Below are positions 7,861 to 17,593 of a stretch of DNA of 43,158 bases, piece by piece; positions within the stretch are counted from its first letter, which is position 1, and each line of letters starts with the position of its first letter. The stretch spans positions 1 to 43,158 of the IMG/VR virus record IMGVR_UViG_3300024040_000024; one strand, written 5' to 3'. The notes under the pieces were generated by a model that had not been told where the DNA came from, searched no databases, and was given only the letters and a program-made list of their open reading frames with translations. The position numbers and the translations under genes are program-made. The DNA comes from a virus. Its lineage: Duplodnaviria; Caudoviricetes.

Positions 7861-10649
7861 GAGGTTTTTTCCAGTCCCTTGGCGAAGAGCACCCCGACGA
7901 CATTTTCAACCGTCGCGCCGCCCTTCCATTTGAGCGTCACGGTATAGGTGCCGGCGGGCTTGTATTTGATGGTGTCCATCCTCACCTGAACCTGCGTCCA
8001 GTCGCCCTGAATGTACGAGGTCGGCTCGTCGGCGACGCCATCGACATAGAGCCAGCAATTCCAGTTGGCGTCTCCCGACGGGAAGCCCTGGTAGACATTC
8101 GCCGCGCATTCCAGATAGCCCGCCGTATCCAGCGTGATCGTGGTTTCGCACAGCGTAAAGGTCGTGCTGCCGTCGCCGTGATAGTTGGAAGCCGTCTTGG
8201 CGTAGGCGGGCACGATGGCGAAGTTGACGGGCACGGCATTGATGGTCAGCGAGCCGTTGATGACCGCTGCCCCGTTGACCTTGACCGCCGAATTGAGGCT
8301 GATGATACCGCCGGCATAGGCGAAGACGATGGTATAGACATCAGGATCGGCGTTATCGAAGATGGCCAGTTCAGCCGCCGCGAAGCCGATATAGGACCCC
8401 TGCGGCCCGGCCCCGATCACGATGCCGCCCGTGCCGCCAGGCGCGGTGACGCTTAAGGACAGCTTGCCGGTGATGCCGTCGAGCGATTCCTGCTGGATGG
8501 CGACGGTCGTTTCCAGATCGCCCACCTTCGTGCTGACGGCGTTGACGTAGGCGGACCAGGTTTTGGTTACGCCATCGGCATCGACCACGCTGACCGTCGA
8601 GGCGTTGAGAATGAAGGCGCTGTGATCCACATTAAAGGCGCCGATGAAATTCATGGTGCTGACGGCGTTATCGGCCTTGTCGATGGCGCTCAGGGCCACG
8701 GTCTTGATCGATTTGCCGTTGCCGTCGTAGAAGGTCGCCTTGGTGAAGGCGTCCAGATTTTGCCGGCTGAGGATTTCCTTGGCCAGCCCCTCGATATTGG
8801 TATTCAGGCCATTGATGATCGTGGCGCCGTCGATGCCCGCCAGTTGATTGGCATTGACCCCGCCGGTCGTATAGGGGCCATAGACGCGCCGCGCGCCGCG
8901 CACCCCCAGCACCGAGATATAGGACACGGCGATTTCATAGGTCTGCCCGGAATCGAGGCCGGTGATGGTGAAGGCGGTCGTGGTCGCCGGGGCCGTCGCC
9001 CATTCGATCCAGTCCGCAGCGCCCACCACGCGGTATTCGATGACGATGTATTTAGCGAAGGGATTATCCCCCACGCCAGTGATCGAAATCGCCGGCAGGG
9101 CATTGGCTCCGCTGGTCAGGTAGCCGACACTGGCATGGAAAGCTTCCACGGCCGGGGCGATAATCGTCCCGTAGTCAGGCACGGTCAGGCCTGGCGTGGG
9201 CGGCGGCACGGCCGTCTGACCCAGGGCGAATTCGTGTTTGCCTTCCGTCTCGCTGATCAGCGTCATGGATACCGTGCCGGTCGCCAGATCGAGATCGCGG
9301 TTAAGGATGATCGCCTTCTGCGAAATCAGACCCATCTCCGGCAGGTTGAGATTGATGCAGTCGCCGGGCCGGTAGCCCATCCAGGCCGGTTTGGCTGTCA
9401 GGGTGATCGGATACATCTCGCGGGCATTGACCAGATCGTAGCCCGCCAGTTGCCCGGCCTGTTCATCGGCCTGGCAGAAGGGATATTCGATCTCCTTTTG
9501 CCGCAGGCCGCCGTCTTCGAGCTGATAGGCCTCCGCCGTGATCGGCGCGGCGGCCACCACCTGCCAGTCATGCGCCTCGGAGCGATAGCGCGGGATGATC
9601 GAATTCTTGCGCTCGCGGCGGGACCGCACACCCGGCACATTGACCTGACCCGCTATATCGGCTTCGCCAAGCGTGGCCAGGGCGGTGCGTGGCGCGTTGA
9701 TGCGGCAACTGACCTTCGCGCCGATCTTGAGCGGCTCGCCGCCCCCGGCCTGCAGCATATTGGTCAGTACCGACCACTTGCTGTCCGCCGATGTAAACTC
9801 GCCCCCCGATTTCCAGCCGTTCAGATCGGCCAGATTGGCCCCTTCGACGTAGGCCGGGAAATCGATCATGGCGGGCGCTAACCCGACACCGCCGACCTTG
9901 ACGCCATTTTCCCAATACCCAAGCAGGTATGTGATGGCTTGCAGGTAGTTGTTATCGTACCCGTCATAGCCCCAGCTCTCCGGATCATCGGCGCGCTGGT
10001 CACCGATGCCGCCGGGATAGGTTGAATCTAACCGCGGATCGTAGACCCGCATCCCCTGCCAAACGCTAATGGGCTGGGGCACACCGTTGGCATAAACCGT
10101 ACTGTTGAATTCCAGCGCCCAGCGGTGCGCCGCCAGGCCGGAAAGCTTGTGCGCCGCAGTCCATTCCGCCACTTCGCCATTGCCGATCAGGTCTGTGGGC
10201 GTGGCCAGGGCCGTGGCCGGTTGCAGACCCAGCGCCGCGATCAGCCACATCTTGCCGGCGAAACTGCCGCCGGAGGTGACCGCGCCCCCGGCATTGAAGT
10301 TCACCGGGGTCTTGTTCGCGCTGAACCCCTCGAAGGCTTTCAGCGGACCGAAGCGCGAAAACACCGTGAAGAAGTTGAGATACTTGTTCTTGTCGCCGCT
10401 GGGGTATGTAAAGACATTATACCCCCCGCTGCCCGTGCGCCCAACCAGAAAGGGCGAAGGGGCTTGCGGATCGGCCTTGAAAGAGGTTTGTATTCCGCTG
10501 GAGCCGATGCCTTTGGGCTTGGGAGTCAGCGCCTTGGTCACGACGGCAGTCGCGGCGATTTTGACAACCGTTGCGGCAATGGCGTGCTGCGCCGCCCACG
10601 CGCCATAGGCCTTGATGGCGGCAACGGCCCAGCTAATCGGGTCAGACAT
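7857..10649 (-). CDS. tail tip / host-specificity protein (lambda J-like, with FN3 domain)
   Basis: 930 aa; VYDPRLDST motif, FN3-like ITGLDSGQTYEIAV, DUF1983-like C-terminal region; follows the NlpC-like gene. Confidence 0.85.
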   Translation of the reverse strand: MSDPISWAVAAIKAYGAWAAQHAIAATVVKIAATAVVTKALTPKPKGIGSSGIQTSFKADPQAPSPFLVGRTGSGGYNVFTYPSGDKNKYLNFFTVFSRFGPLKAFEGFSANKTPVNFNAGGAVTSGGSFAGKMWLIAALGLQPATALATPTDLIGNGEVAEWTAAHKLSGLAAHRWALEFNSTVYANGVPQPISVWQGMRVYDPRLDSTYPGGIGDQRADDPESWGYDGYDNNYLQAITYLLGYWENGVKVGGVGLAPAMIDFPAYVEGANLADLNGWKSGGEFTSADSKWSVLTNMLQAGGGEPLKIGAKVSCRINAPRTALATLGEADIAGQVNVPGVRSRRERKNSIIPRYRSEAHDWQVVAAAPITAEAYQLEDGGLRQKEIEYPFCQADEQAGQLAGYDLVNAREMYPITLTAKPAWMGYRPGDCINLNLPEMGLISQKAIILNRDLDLATGTVSMTLISETEGKHEFALGQTAVPPPTPGLTVPDYGTIIAPAVEAFHASVGYLTSGANALPAISITGVGDNPFAKYIVIEYRVVGAADWIEWATAPATTTAFTITGLDSGQTYEIAVSYISVLGVRGARRVYGPYTTGGVNANQLAGIDGATIINGLNTNIEGLAKEILSRQNLDAFTKATFYDGNGKSIKTVALSAIDKADNAVSTMNFIGAFNVDHSAFILNASTVSVVDADGVTKTWSAYVNAVSTKVGDLETTVAIQQESLDGITGKLSLSVTAPGGTGGIVIGAGPQGSYIGFAAAELAIFDNADPDVYTIVFAYAGGIISLNSAVKVNGAAVINGSLTINAVPVNFAIVPAYAKTASNYHGDGSTTFTLCETTITLDTAGYLECAANVYQGFPSGDANWNCWLYVDGVADEPTSYIQGDWTQVQVRMDTIKYKPAGTYTVTLKWKGGATVENVVGVLFAKGLEKTS

Positions 10650-11073
10650 TTTTCAATTCCACCAAAAACGGCACACGCCAGGCAGCAACAAAAGCTTTCG
10701 GTTCGGATATCGCAAAACCGCCGTTCGACGTATGCAGCACCGCGTTATTGCTCAGACGTATGGCCAAGGCAGGTACCTCCCAGTCGCTTGGCAGAGCGAT
10801 GATATCGCCGGGCAGGGCCGCCGCCGGGGCGATGCGATCAAATCGGGCGTCCAGTGCCGCCTCCAGCGTATCGAAACCGGCGCGTTTCAGGGCCGCCCTG
10901 GCCCCTTGCAAAGACGAATATTCGCCCGCCTTGACCAGCGAAACCTTATGTCCCATGCGCCTGATGTGGCTGGCGCACATGCGCACACAGTCCTTTCGGC
11001 CCCACTGAAAGCGCGCGTTCTTGTACTGCGCCAGGGTTTCCGAAGCGCAGGCAATGCGGTGAATCATTTCCAT
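10642..11073 (-). CDS. NlpC/P60-like tail protein
   Basis: FQWGRKDC catalytic-Cys motif, PGDI and AAWRV. Confidence 0.75.
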   Translation of the reverse strand: MEMIHRIACASETLAQYKNARFQWGRKDCVRMCASHIRRMGHKVSLVKAGEYSSLQGARAALKRAGFDTLEAALDARFDRIAPAAALPGDIIALPSDWEVPALAIRLSNNAVLHTSNGGFAISEPKAFVAAWRVPFLVELKNV

Positions 11074-11077
11074 GGGG

Positions 11078-11686
11078 TCAGGCCGTGCCCGAATGGGTCA
11101 GGGGCGGCTTGGCGCCGGCAATCCCCCAGGGGATTTGATCGAGAACCATCGTCATATATTCCAGCCCCAGCTCGCCGGGCCAGACCGATTGATGATAGGT
11201 GTCATTAAGCCGATTGCCCTCGTCATTTTCAAAAAAGCGTTCGAAGCCCGAAACCGCCTCGATTTGCAGCGACGGCGCACCATCGGCGCCGCGATTCCAG
11301 TCGATCGTGTCGATCTCGCCATAAAAGCGCAGATCGGGTTGACCTATCACAAGCCCGGTCGCCGGATTGAAGGCGCCGACATAGACCGCCACCGGCGACC
11401 CTTGCGCTGTCGCTGAGGAAAGCGCCGGGCCGACCGTGATATCCGCCACATTGACCGCTATTTGCGCCGTCGGGGCCTCATTGCCCTGACCATCGGCGGA
11501 GATATCGATCGCCCCTAGTGAGCCGTAAGAATCGTCATGCCCCACAAAGGTATGACCGTTGAAAACAATCACCCCGGCGCCGGGCAGCAGGCGGATAGTG
11601 CCGACAGGATGCTGAATCTCAACCGCCACGAACAGGCCGATAACATCACCCTCAAGCCCCGCCTGCATATCCGGATCGAGGGCCAT
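11078..11686 (-). CDS. minor tail (hub) protein
   Basis: HQSVWPGELGLEY..IPWG C-terminal motif; position after the distal tail gene. Confidence 0.7.
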   Translation of the reverse strand: MALDPDMQAGLEGDVIGLFVAVEIQHPVGTIRLLPGAGVIVFNGHTFVGHDDSYGSLGAIDISADGQGNEAPTAQIAVNVADITVGPALSSATAQGSPVAVYVGAFNPATGLVIGQPDLRFYGEIDTIDWNRGADGAPSLQIEAVSGFERFFENDEGNRLNDTYHQSVWPGELGLEYMTMVLDQIPWGIAGAKPPLTHSGTA

Positions 11687-12279
11687 CAGCGTTGCTCCTC
11701 GATCGAGAAGGCCAGATTGACGATATGATCCACAGCGAGCGGCGCGCGCACATCGTCCGCCTGGATCAACCCTTCAATCTTCGGCGCCGCGAATTCGACA
11801 ACCGCATTGTCCGAGGGACTGACCCGCAGCATGGGCAGGAAGGAAACGGTGGCCTGTCCCGCGCCGCTGGCCGTCACATCGGCCGTAGCCATATGCAGGT
11901 AACGCCGGCCACCCTGGATCAGGCTGAAAAACTGGCCATCCTTGATCTGATAGCCAGCCGTGAAACCATCGATCACCAGCAATACCCCCGTCTGACCGGC
12001 GCCCTTGACCAATGGCGTGCCGGGATTACCAACGCCCGCATCCGGCAGAGGCCAGTCGAAGACGACGGTACTCCGCGCCCCCTGCATCAGTTTGGAAAAC
12101 CACTTGTCAGCCGTAGCCTTGGGCATCGGGGGCATGACGATATCGGCGGCGAACATATCCCCCAGGCGCAGGATGCGCTGCTTGATATTGCCGACCGGGC
12201 TTTTCAGGTCATTGCTCGAACTGATCAAGCGCGGCGTGCATGAAACGAAGGAGGGCGCGCCGGGCAGGATGATGCTCAT
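11686..12279 (-). CDS. distal tail protein
   Basis: follows the tape measure; GTPLVKGAGQTG, GQFFS and PMLR motifs. Confidence 0.7.
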   Translation of the reverse strand: MSIILPGAPSFVSCTPRLISSSNDLKSPVGNIKQRILRLGDMFAADIVMPPMPKATADKWFSKLMQGARSTVVFDWPLPDAGVGNPGTPLVKGAGQTGVLLVIDGFTAGYQIKDGQFFSLIQGGRRYLHMATADVTASGAGQATVSFLPMLRVSPSDNAVVEFAAPKIEGLIQADDVRAPLAVDHIVNLAFSIEEQR

Positions 12280-14204
12280 TCCATCCAGCTCCGTTGCCGG
12301 CGGGCCTGTTGCGTCTGCGCCAGCGCCGCGCCGCCCTGCGTACCGGTCGCCGCCGCCCGGCTGGCATAGTCAACCACCATCGGGCGCGAGGCCTCCTTGG
12401 CCCGCACATCGAACCAGGGCGAGGCTTCGACTTGCAGGGTCATGGCGCCGCCGCTGAAGTCCTCCGCCGATCCGATCCTGATGATTTCGTCCGGTGAAAC
12501 CCATGAACTGAACAGCCGTGAATCCACACCGCCGCCGCCTTTCAGGGCATAGGTGCCGCCATTGGCGTTTTTGGGCGAGTTGCCGAAGATCGAGGCAATG
12601 CCGCCGCCGATTCCTTTTAGCAGGCCGGAGATGCCGCCCGATGACGACGGTGATCCCATCCAGTCGAAGAGCCGCGCACCCAGTGCGTCCAGGTCTTCCG
12701 CCAGATGCCGTTGCCACCAGCGCGTGAAAAAACTGCCCAGATCACCATTGAGGGCCGCCATGACGCCATCGGTGAAGGTTTCAGCGAAATTCCGGCGATT
12801 CTCCTCTTTCGTTTGCTGCGCGGCATCCCGCATGGCCTTGACGTAATCATTGGCAAGGATTTTCGGATCATTGGTATTGATGTCCCGGTCGGACATCTTG
12901 CCCAACTCGAACGGCTTGACCTTGCCGTTATTACCCTCGGACCATTCCACATAACTTTTACGAAGGTCCTCAAAGGCCTTTTTGACCTTCCCGGTTTCGG
13001 TCGTGACCACCTTGGTCATGACCTGTGGCAGACGTTTGAAATTCGTCTCGACATGATCCACGGTATCTTTCGACGACGCGCTGACATCGGACGCCATCGC
13101 CCTGTAGGCCGGCCCCACGGGCATCACGATATTGATCAGGCCGTGGGTCACCTTGCGCAGCCAGTCGAATGCCTTGGTCATCTTGTCCACCGCATTGGCG
13201 ATAAACCGCCCCACGGCATCGACCACATTGAACAGCATCGTGAAGGCCTTGACAGTCAGATTGACGCCGACCACCACCACGGTGCCGAGCAATTGGCCGA
13301 TCTCGCGCAGAACCTCGATCAGCCACTGACCGGCGGGGCCACGGGCGAATTTCATGAAGGCCGCGCCCAATTCCTTGATGGAGGGCAACAGATAGGCCGC
13401 CACCTGCGACCAGAGCGTTTTCGTCTGTGCCCATAACGGCGCCAGTTCCTTGGCCATATCCACGATGGCGACAATCGCCTCGCCCGCCATGACCGTGGCC
13501 ATCTGACCAGCGGCCGCGCCGGTTTTTTCAAGCAGCCCCTTGGCGTCGGACAGCTTTTTGACCATCTCATCCGACATGATCCGCCCGGCATCCTGCGCGG
13601 CGTCACCATAGGCCACCAGGCCGTCCCGACCGACATCGACCAGTTTCAGCATATCAGGCCCGGCGGCCTTGCCGAAAAGCTGCATGGCGATCTGTGCTTT
13701 TAAGGACGGGTCCGGAATTCCCTCCATGGCCTGGACGGCGGCAAGAAAAGCCTGATCGGCGGTCTGTATCTGGCCACTGGTAATCTGCCCGGCGATACCA
13801 AGTTGTTTGAAAGCCGCCGCGCCCGGCCCGCCGCCGGTCTGAACAAAGGTGCCGATGACGCCGTTGAGATTGTCCATGGCGTCGAACAACCGCGCGGGCG
13901 TGCTTCCGGCATCGGTGGCGGCGGCGCCAAGCTTCTGAAGCGCCACCGCCCCTGTGCCGAGGCGCGCGGCGGTATCACTCACATTATCCGCCACGGACAA
14001 ACTCTCCGCGCCGAACTTGATGAAGGCCGCGCCAGCCGTCGCCGCCCCGGCGACAAGGCCGGCGAACGCCACGCCGCCGATGGTGGACATGACCTTGCCG
14101 AAAGCACTGGCCTTGCCTTCCGCTTCCTGCAATCCGGTAGTGAAAGCCGCCGTATCGATGCCGAGCGATACCAGCAGCGCGCCGATAATGCCGTTTCCCG
14201 CCAT
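12276..14204 (-). CDS. tail tape measure protein (642 aa)
   Basis: starts MAGNGIIGALLVSLGIDTAAF; long Ala/Gly-rich helical protein; start placed at ATG 14204 behind a GGAG RBS. Confidence 0.9.
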   Translation of the reverse strand: MAGNGIIGALLVSLGIDTAAFTTGLQEAEGKASAFGKVMSTIGGVAFAGLVAGAATAGAAFIKFGAESLSVADNVSDTAARLGTGAVALQKLGAAATDAGSTPARLFDAMDNLNGVIGTFVQTGGGPGAAAFKQLGIAGQITSGQIQTADQAFLAAVQAMEGIPDPSLKAQIAMQLFGKAAGPDMLKLVDVGRDGLVAYGDAAQDAGRIMSDEMVKKLSDAKGLLEKTGAAAGQMATVMAGEAIVAIVDMAKELAPLWAQTKTLWSQVAAYLLPSIKELGAAFMKFARGPAGQWLIEVLREIGQLLGTVVVVGVNLTVKAFTMLFNVVDAVGRFIANAVDKMTKAFDWLRKVTHGLINIVMPVGPAYRAMASDVSASSKDTVDHVETNFKRLPQVMTKVVTTETGKVKKAFEDLRKSYVEWSEGNNGKVKPFELGKMSDRDINTNDPKILANDYVKAMRDAAQQTKEENRRNFAETFTDGVMAALNGDLGSFFTRWWQRHLAEDLDALGARLFDWMGSPSSSGGISGLLKGIGGGIASIFGNSPKNANGGTYALKGGGGVDSRLFSSWVSPDEIIRIGSAEDFSGGAMTLQVEASPWFDVRAKEASRPMVVDYASRAAATGTQGGAALAQTQQARRQRSWME

Positions 14205-14205
14205 G

Positions 14206-14526
14206 TCAATTACTCCGGTTGGTACGCGCCACCAGCCCGCGCATGGCGGCCAGCAACGCGGCATTGGCTTGCGCCGGTTGGGACGATTTCGGTTGCGCCG
14301 ATAAAGACCTGAGCATCTTCTTCAGCGTTTTGTGCGGGTCCTTCACACGGCCGAAGACCGCCGTGGCATAGGCCTGCATCAGGCCTTGTTTATGAACCTG
14401 GCCGAGGTAGTCCCGGCGGCCTTTGACGATTTCCTCGATTTCCCAGTCTTCCGATGACCAGAAGAGGCCGGGATCGAGGCCAAGGCTGCACCATTGCCGG
14501 AATTGCGCGGCGATGGTGCTGCCTCT
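14206..14526 (-). CDS. tail assembly chaperone gpT-like extension, reached by -1 frameshift
   Basis: -1 frame after C CCT TTA reads RGSTIAAQFRQWCSLGLDPGLFWSS...TNRSN* and stops just before the TMP ATG. Confidence 0.75.
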   Translation of the reverse strand, partial: RGSTIAAQFRQWCSLGLDPGLFWSSEDWEIEEIVKGRRDYLGQVHKQGLMQAYATAVFGRVKDPHKTLKKMLRSLSAQPKSSQPAQANAALLAAMRGLVARTNRSN

Positions 14527-14807
14527 AAAGGGGCCGTCTGTCTCTCCGCCGAGATGGCCCGCACCAGCGCCTTCATGCCGGCATCATCCGCCGCCGCCAG
14601 CGCGTCAATCTCTTCTTCAGGCACGGCGCGGCCGTCAGGGTAGGTAAAGCCGCTGTAGAACAGCTGCTCCTGGATGGCCGTGGAACGGGCGATATTGGCG
14701 GCGATCCGATCCCACGGCATATCGAGCGCCAGCTCGGCCCGCAGCCGGGCGCGGCGGTCGTTCGACCAGATGACCGCCTGACCGCCGATAATCCTCTCGA
14801 TTTTCAC
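14379..14807 (-). CDS. tail assembly chaperone gpG-like
   Basis: between major tail and TMP; in-frame slippery heptamer CCCTTTA at 14532-14526. Confidence 0.8.
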   Translation of the reverse strand: MKIERIIGGQAVIWSNDRRARLRAELALDMPWDRIAANIARSTAIQEQLFYSGFTYPDGRAVPEEEIDALAAADDAGMKALVRAISAERQTAPLEAAPSPRNSGNGAALASIPASSGHRKTGKSRKSSKAAGTTSARFINKA

Positions 14808-14812
14808 GGTGA

Positions 14813-15250
14813 TCAGCTCCCGCTGCCGCTGGCCGCCGTTTCGGTGACCGCGCCCGATACGCGAATGGTCGCCGTGGCCTTCATCACGTCATCGACAGGA
14901 ATGTCCTTTGTGTACGATTTGACGAAGCCGGCCCCGGAGAATTTCCAGCCGCTGCCGCCATTGGGAATGGTGACCTCCCAGGGCCGGACATCGCCGGCGG
15001 CCTTGGCGGCAGTCAGCAGCAGGTCGGTGGCCGTGCCGGCGATGTAATTCATCTGGATTTCCAGTTCACCGCCATCGATCAGGCCGGAGATATACTCCTT
15101 GCGGCGGTCGGGGCTTTTGTAGTGGGTCACTTCCACCTCATCCGCCTGATCATCGGGCACGGTTACGCTGTCCACCTCCGCCAGTTCAATGAGGGTGGTG
15201 CCGTTATGCAGCTTGATCGTGGAAGACCAGCCGATATTTGCGTCAGACAT
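14813..15250 (-). CDS. major tail tube protein
   Basis: EVTHYKSPDRRKEYISGLIDGGE and ATIRVSG motifs. Confidence 0.9.
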   Translation of the reverse strand: MSDANIGWSSTIKLHNGTTLIELAEVDSVTVPDDQADEVEVTHYKSPDRRKEYISGLIDGGELEIQMNYIAGTATDLLLTAAKAAGDVRPWEVTIPNGGSGWKFSGAGFVKSYTKDIPVDDVMKATATIRVSGAVTETAASGSGS

Positions 15251-15256
15251 GTGTGT

Positions 15257-15655
15257 CTACTCCTTGAAAAGAATATTGAAATCGATACTCGGACGAAAGA
15301 TCGTGTCGGCATCCGTTGTGCCCCGGTCGGTCAGGTCGCGGGCATCGGCGGCGAAACAGCCCTGGAACTCGATACCGCCCTGCGTGAAGGCCCGGCTGTC
15401 CAGCGCCGTGACAACCGCGCGCTCCAGACCGCGCGCCGACGCGTTGGAAACCCCATAACAATCGAACTGCACACGGGCGCGGGACAGCCGAACACGGTCT
15501 TTATAGGTATGGTTCACCGGCAGGCTGATACGGTTGAGGACGAGTGCCGGCAGGGGCGTGCCCTGAGGGCGGATATTCCAGAACACGCGATTGCCGATAA
15601 GATCGGTTATGCCTGCTTGCGCCAGCAGATAGGCCCTGAGCGCTTCTTCCATCAC
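15257..15655 (-). CDS. tail terminator (DUF3168/gp17-like)
   Basis: RVFWNIRPQGTPLPALVL and RVQFDCYG motifs. Confidence 0.85.
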   Translation of the reverse strand: MMEEALRAYLLAQAGITDLIGNRVFWNIRPQGTPLPALVLNRISLPVNHTYKDRVRLSRARVQFDCYGVSNASARGLERAVVTALDSRAFTQGGIEFQGCFAADARDLTDRGTTDADTIFRPSIDFNILFKE

Positions 15656-16173
15656 CGGCCCTTCAAAGCTTTCCTGGCCAGGCGCGCCGCCGACTTATCG
15701 ATTTCCTTGTCCAGTTCCTCGATAATGATCTCCAGGCAACGATCCTGTGTCCTGTCCCACGCCGGCCGCATAAAAGGATTGGGCGCGGAATGCACCGTGC
15801 CGTATTCGACAAAGCTGGCATAAAAGCGCTTGTGCGACGGCCCGATGAATATTTCCGAAAACGTATTCGGGTTCTCTTTTCGGGCCTGCCGCATCGCTGT
15901 GACCGCCGCCGCCTTGTCGCCGCCATTCCGAAGCACCTGACTATAGGCGATCTTGCCCTTGTCATAATTGACCGGCTTTTTCGTGCTGGCGGAGATCGAC
16001 AGTTTCATTCCGCCCGTAAGTACCGGCGCCCAATTCTTGGCAGCAGTCACCATCGGCACGGCCGCCAGCTTCAACGTGCGTTGCGTCACCCCCTTCGCGG
16101 CCGCCTTGGTCAGTTTGGCGAGATTCTGCTCCAGCTCCTTGAGGCCCTTTACCGTTACGACGCGCCGGGCCAT
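15652..16173 (-). CDS. HK97 gp10-like tail component
   Basis: VKGLKEL, APVLTG and VEYGT..APNPFMRPAW; start placed at ATG 16173. Confidence 0.85.
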   Translation of the reverse strand: MARRVVTVKGLKELEQNLAKLTKAAAKGVTQRTLKLAAVPMVTAAKNWAPVLTGGMKLSISASTKKPVNYDKGKIAYSQVLRNGGDKAAAVTAMRQARKENPNTFSEIFIGPSHKRFYASFVEYGTVHSAPNPFMRPAWDRTQDRCLEIIIEELDKEIDKSAARLARKALKGR

Positions 16174-16175
16174 GA

Positions 16176-16532
16176 TCAGACCGCCGTATCCGCGCGCGCC
16201 GTGGCGCTGAATTCCAGACCCTCCCGCCGGCCGATCTCTTTCGGCGGCGCAATAATCGCATAGGTTCGCCCCTCGAAAACGATCTGCGCCATGGCATCGA
16301 CCGCCGCCACCTGGCAGGAATAGCGGACCTGGAAGCGGTGGGTGAGGGTGGCGCCCGCCTGCGCTGCCCGCATCTGCTCCCCGTCGCTGACCGGAATCAC
16401 CGCCGCCCATACTGGGCCGACAGTCCGATCCACTGTTTGCATATCGCCGAAGCTGTCCGGTCCCACCTGTACCTTCATGATAAAGGTGATCCGGCGGTCG
16501 AGTTTTCCAGCCCGCATCACGATTGAATCCAT
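16176..16532 (-). CDS. head-tail adaptor / head closure protein
   Basis: MRAGKLDRRITF, VWAAV and THRFQVRY motifs. Confidence 0.85.
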   Translation of the reverse strand: MDSIVMRAGKLDRRITFIMKVQVGPDSFGDMQTVDRTVGPVWAAVIPVSDGEQMRAAQAGATLTHRFQVRYSCQVAAVDAMAQIVFEGRTYAIIAPPKEIGRREGLEFSATARADTAV

Positions 16533-17047
16533 CTGCGCGATGGCGCGCCGAATAGCGTCCTTGTCCAGCCCGACATGGAGCGGATATTGGCACCCTCTGC
16601 CCTGGCTTGTTCAAAACCGGCCCGATATTTGTCCGGATCTGTCCAGTCTCCTGGCCAATGGATATGCTGCGCCGCCGATTCCATCGGCACGCCACACAGG
16701 ACCGCCGCGCCACACCCCAGAACACGAAGGGCAATCTGCGCCGCATAGAGGCCAGACGATCCATTCCATATCTGGGATATGACTTCACCGGGGCTATTGC
16801 AGCGCCGGGACTGTCCGAAGACACGGTAATCGCTGTTTCCGCCGCGTGCCGCCCGTTCAGCCATCCACGGCCGCATCCGCTCCGGATGCAAACTCACCCA
16901 GGCGTCAAGATGTCCGTCATACTGTATGCCGGCATAATTGCAGGCCACCATGATATGCCGGGCGTCACCGATCAGCGCCCGCGCGCGCGCCAGATCGTCC
17001 CAGACGCACAGCGCGCCGCCGAGGCAAAGGGCAATCGGTTTAGACAC
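16517..17047 (-). CDS. hypothetical protein with Rossmann-like, Maf/MptE or glycosyltransferase-like motifs
   Basis: LCLGG, VACN, DAWVSLHPE, GSSGLYA..IAL and VLCGVPM motifs; inserted among neck genes. Confidence 0.55.
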   Translation of the reverse strand: MSKPIALCLGGALCVWDDLARARALIGDARHIMVACNYAGIQYDGHLDAWVSLHPERMRPWMAERAARGGNSDYRVFGQSRRCNSPGEVISQIWNGSSGLYAAQIALRVLGCGAAVLCGVPMESAAQHIHWPGDWTDPDKYRAGFEQARAEGANIRSMSGWTRTLFGAPSRRWIQS

Positions 17048-17351
17048 GGATCAGCCTATAGGGGCCAAGCAGCATTTCGGCGGTGGGCGAAAGCCCGAAT
17101 GACTGACCCGCCACCACGCTTTCGCGGTTGGCGTAAAAATCGCCAAGGGTGAGGAGAGCGGCGGCGCGAAACACCGCCTCGGCGTCCTGAGGCACCAGTT
17201 CGCGGTCAGTATTTTTGAGGCACGAACGTACCGCGGCATCGGCATAGGTTTCGATGAGAGCATCCTCATCATCGCCGTCAACCCGCAAATGCGCCTTGGC
17301 CTGGTCGAGCGTCACCAAGGGACCGGTCGTCAGGACCACGGCATTGATCAT
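17040..17351 (-). CDS. head-tail connector (HK97 gp6-like)
   Basis: VTLDQAKAHLRVD..DEDALI, YANRE and LLGPYR motifs. Confidence 0.9.
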   Translation of the reverse strand: MINAVVLTTGPLVTLDQAKAHLRVDGDDEDALIETYADAAVRSCLKNTDRELVPQDAEAVFRAAALLTLGDFYANRESVVAGQSFGLSPTAEMLLGPYRLIRV

Positions 17352-17545
17352 ACCGGCGCCGCCTTGTTCATCGCAGGCTTTTCAGCCTTGTTCGCGGGCT
17401 TCGGATCGGTCTTGGCCCGGTCCGGCTCAAGCACGCCCTTCTCAACCAGATGCGCCACCTCCGAAGCCACAGCCTCGCGTGTGTCGCCCGGCATATACAT
17501 CCGGTCGCCGAGGTGCTGGCGCAGGACCCTGAATTTCGTAGTCAT
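17348..17545 (-). CDS. small virion-associated hypothetical protein
   Basis: GAGGGAG RBS before ATG 17545; PANKAE..MNKA C-terminus; follows the capsid gene. Confidence 0.65.
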   Translation of the reverse strand: MTTKFRVLRQHLGDRMYMPGDTREAVASEVAHLVEKGVLEPDRAKTDPKPANKAEKPAMNKAAPV

Positions 17546-17558
17546 AAAATACTCCCTC

Positions 17559-17587
17559 AAAAAGCAGCGGGGCCGAAGCCCCGCCGC
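17559..17587 (-). terminator. intrinsic terminator after the major capsid gene
   Basis: GCGGCGGGGC-TTCG-GCCCCGCTGC-TTTTT on the minus strand. Confidence 0.8.
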
Positions 17588-17593
17588 CGCCGT

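Noticed and set aside
16174-16824. N-terminal extension of the 390-aa ORF 15652-16824
   Set aside because: Overlaps two real same-strand genes; the HK97 gp10-like sequence starts at 16173
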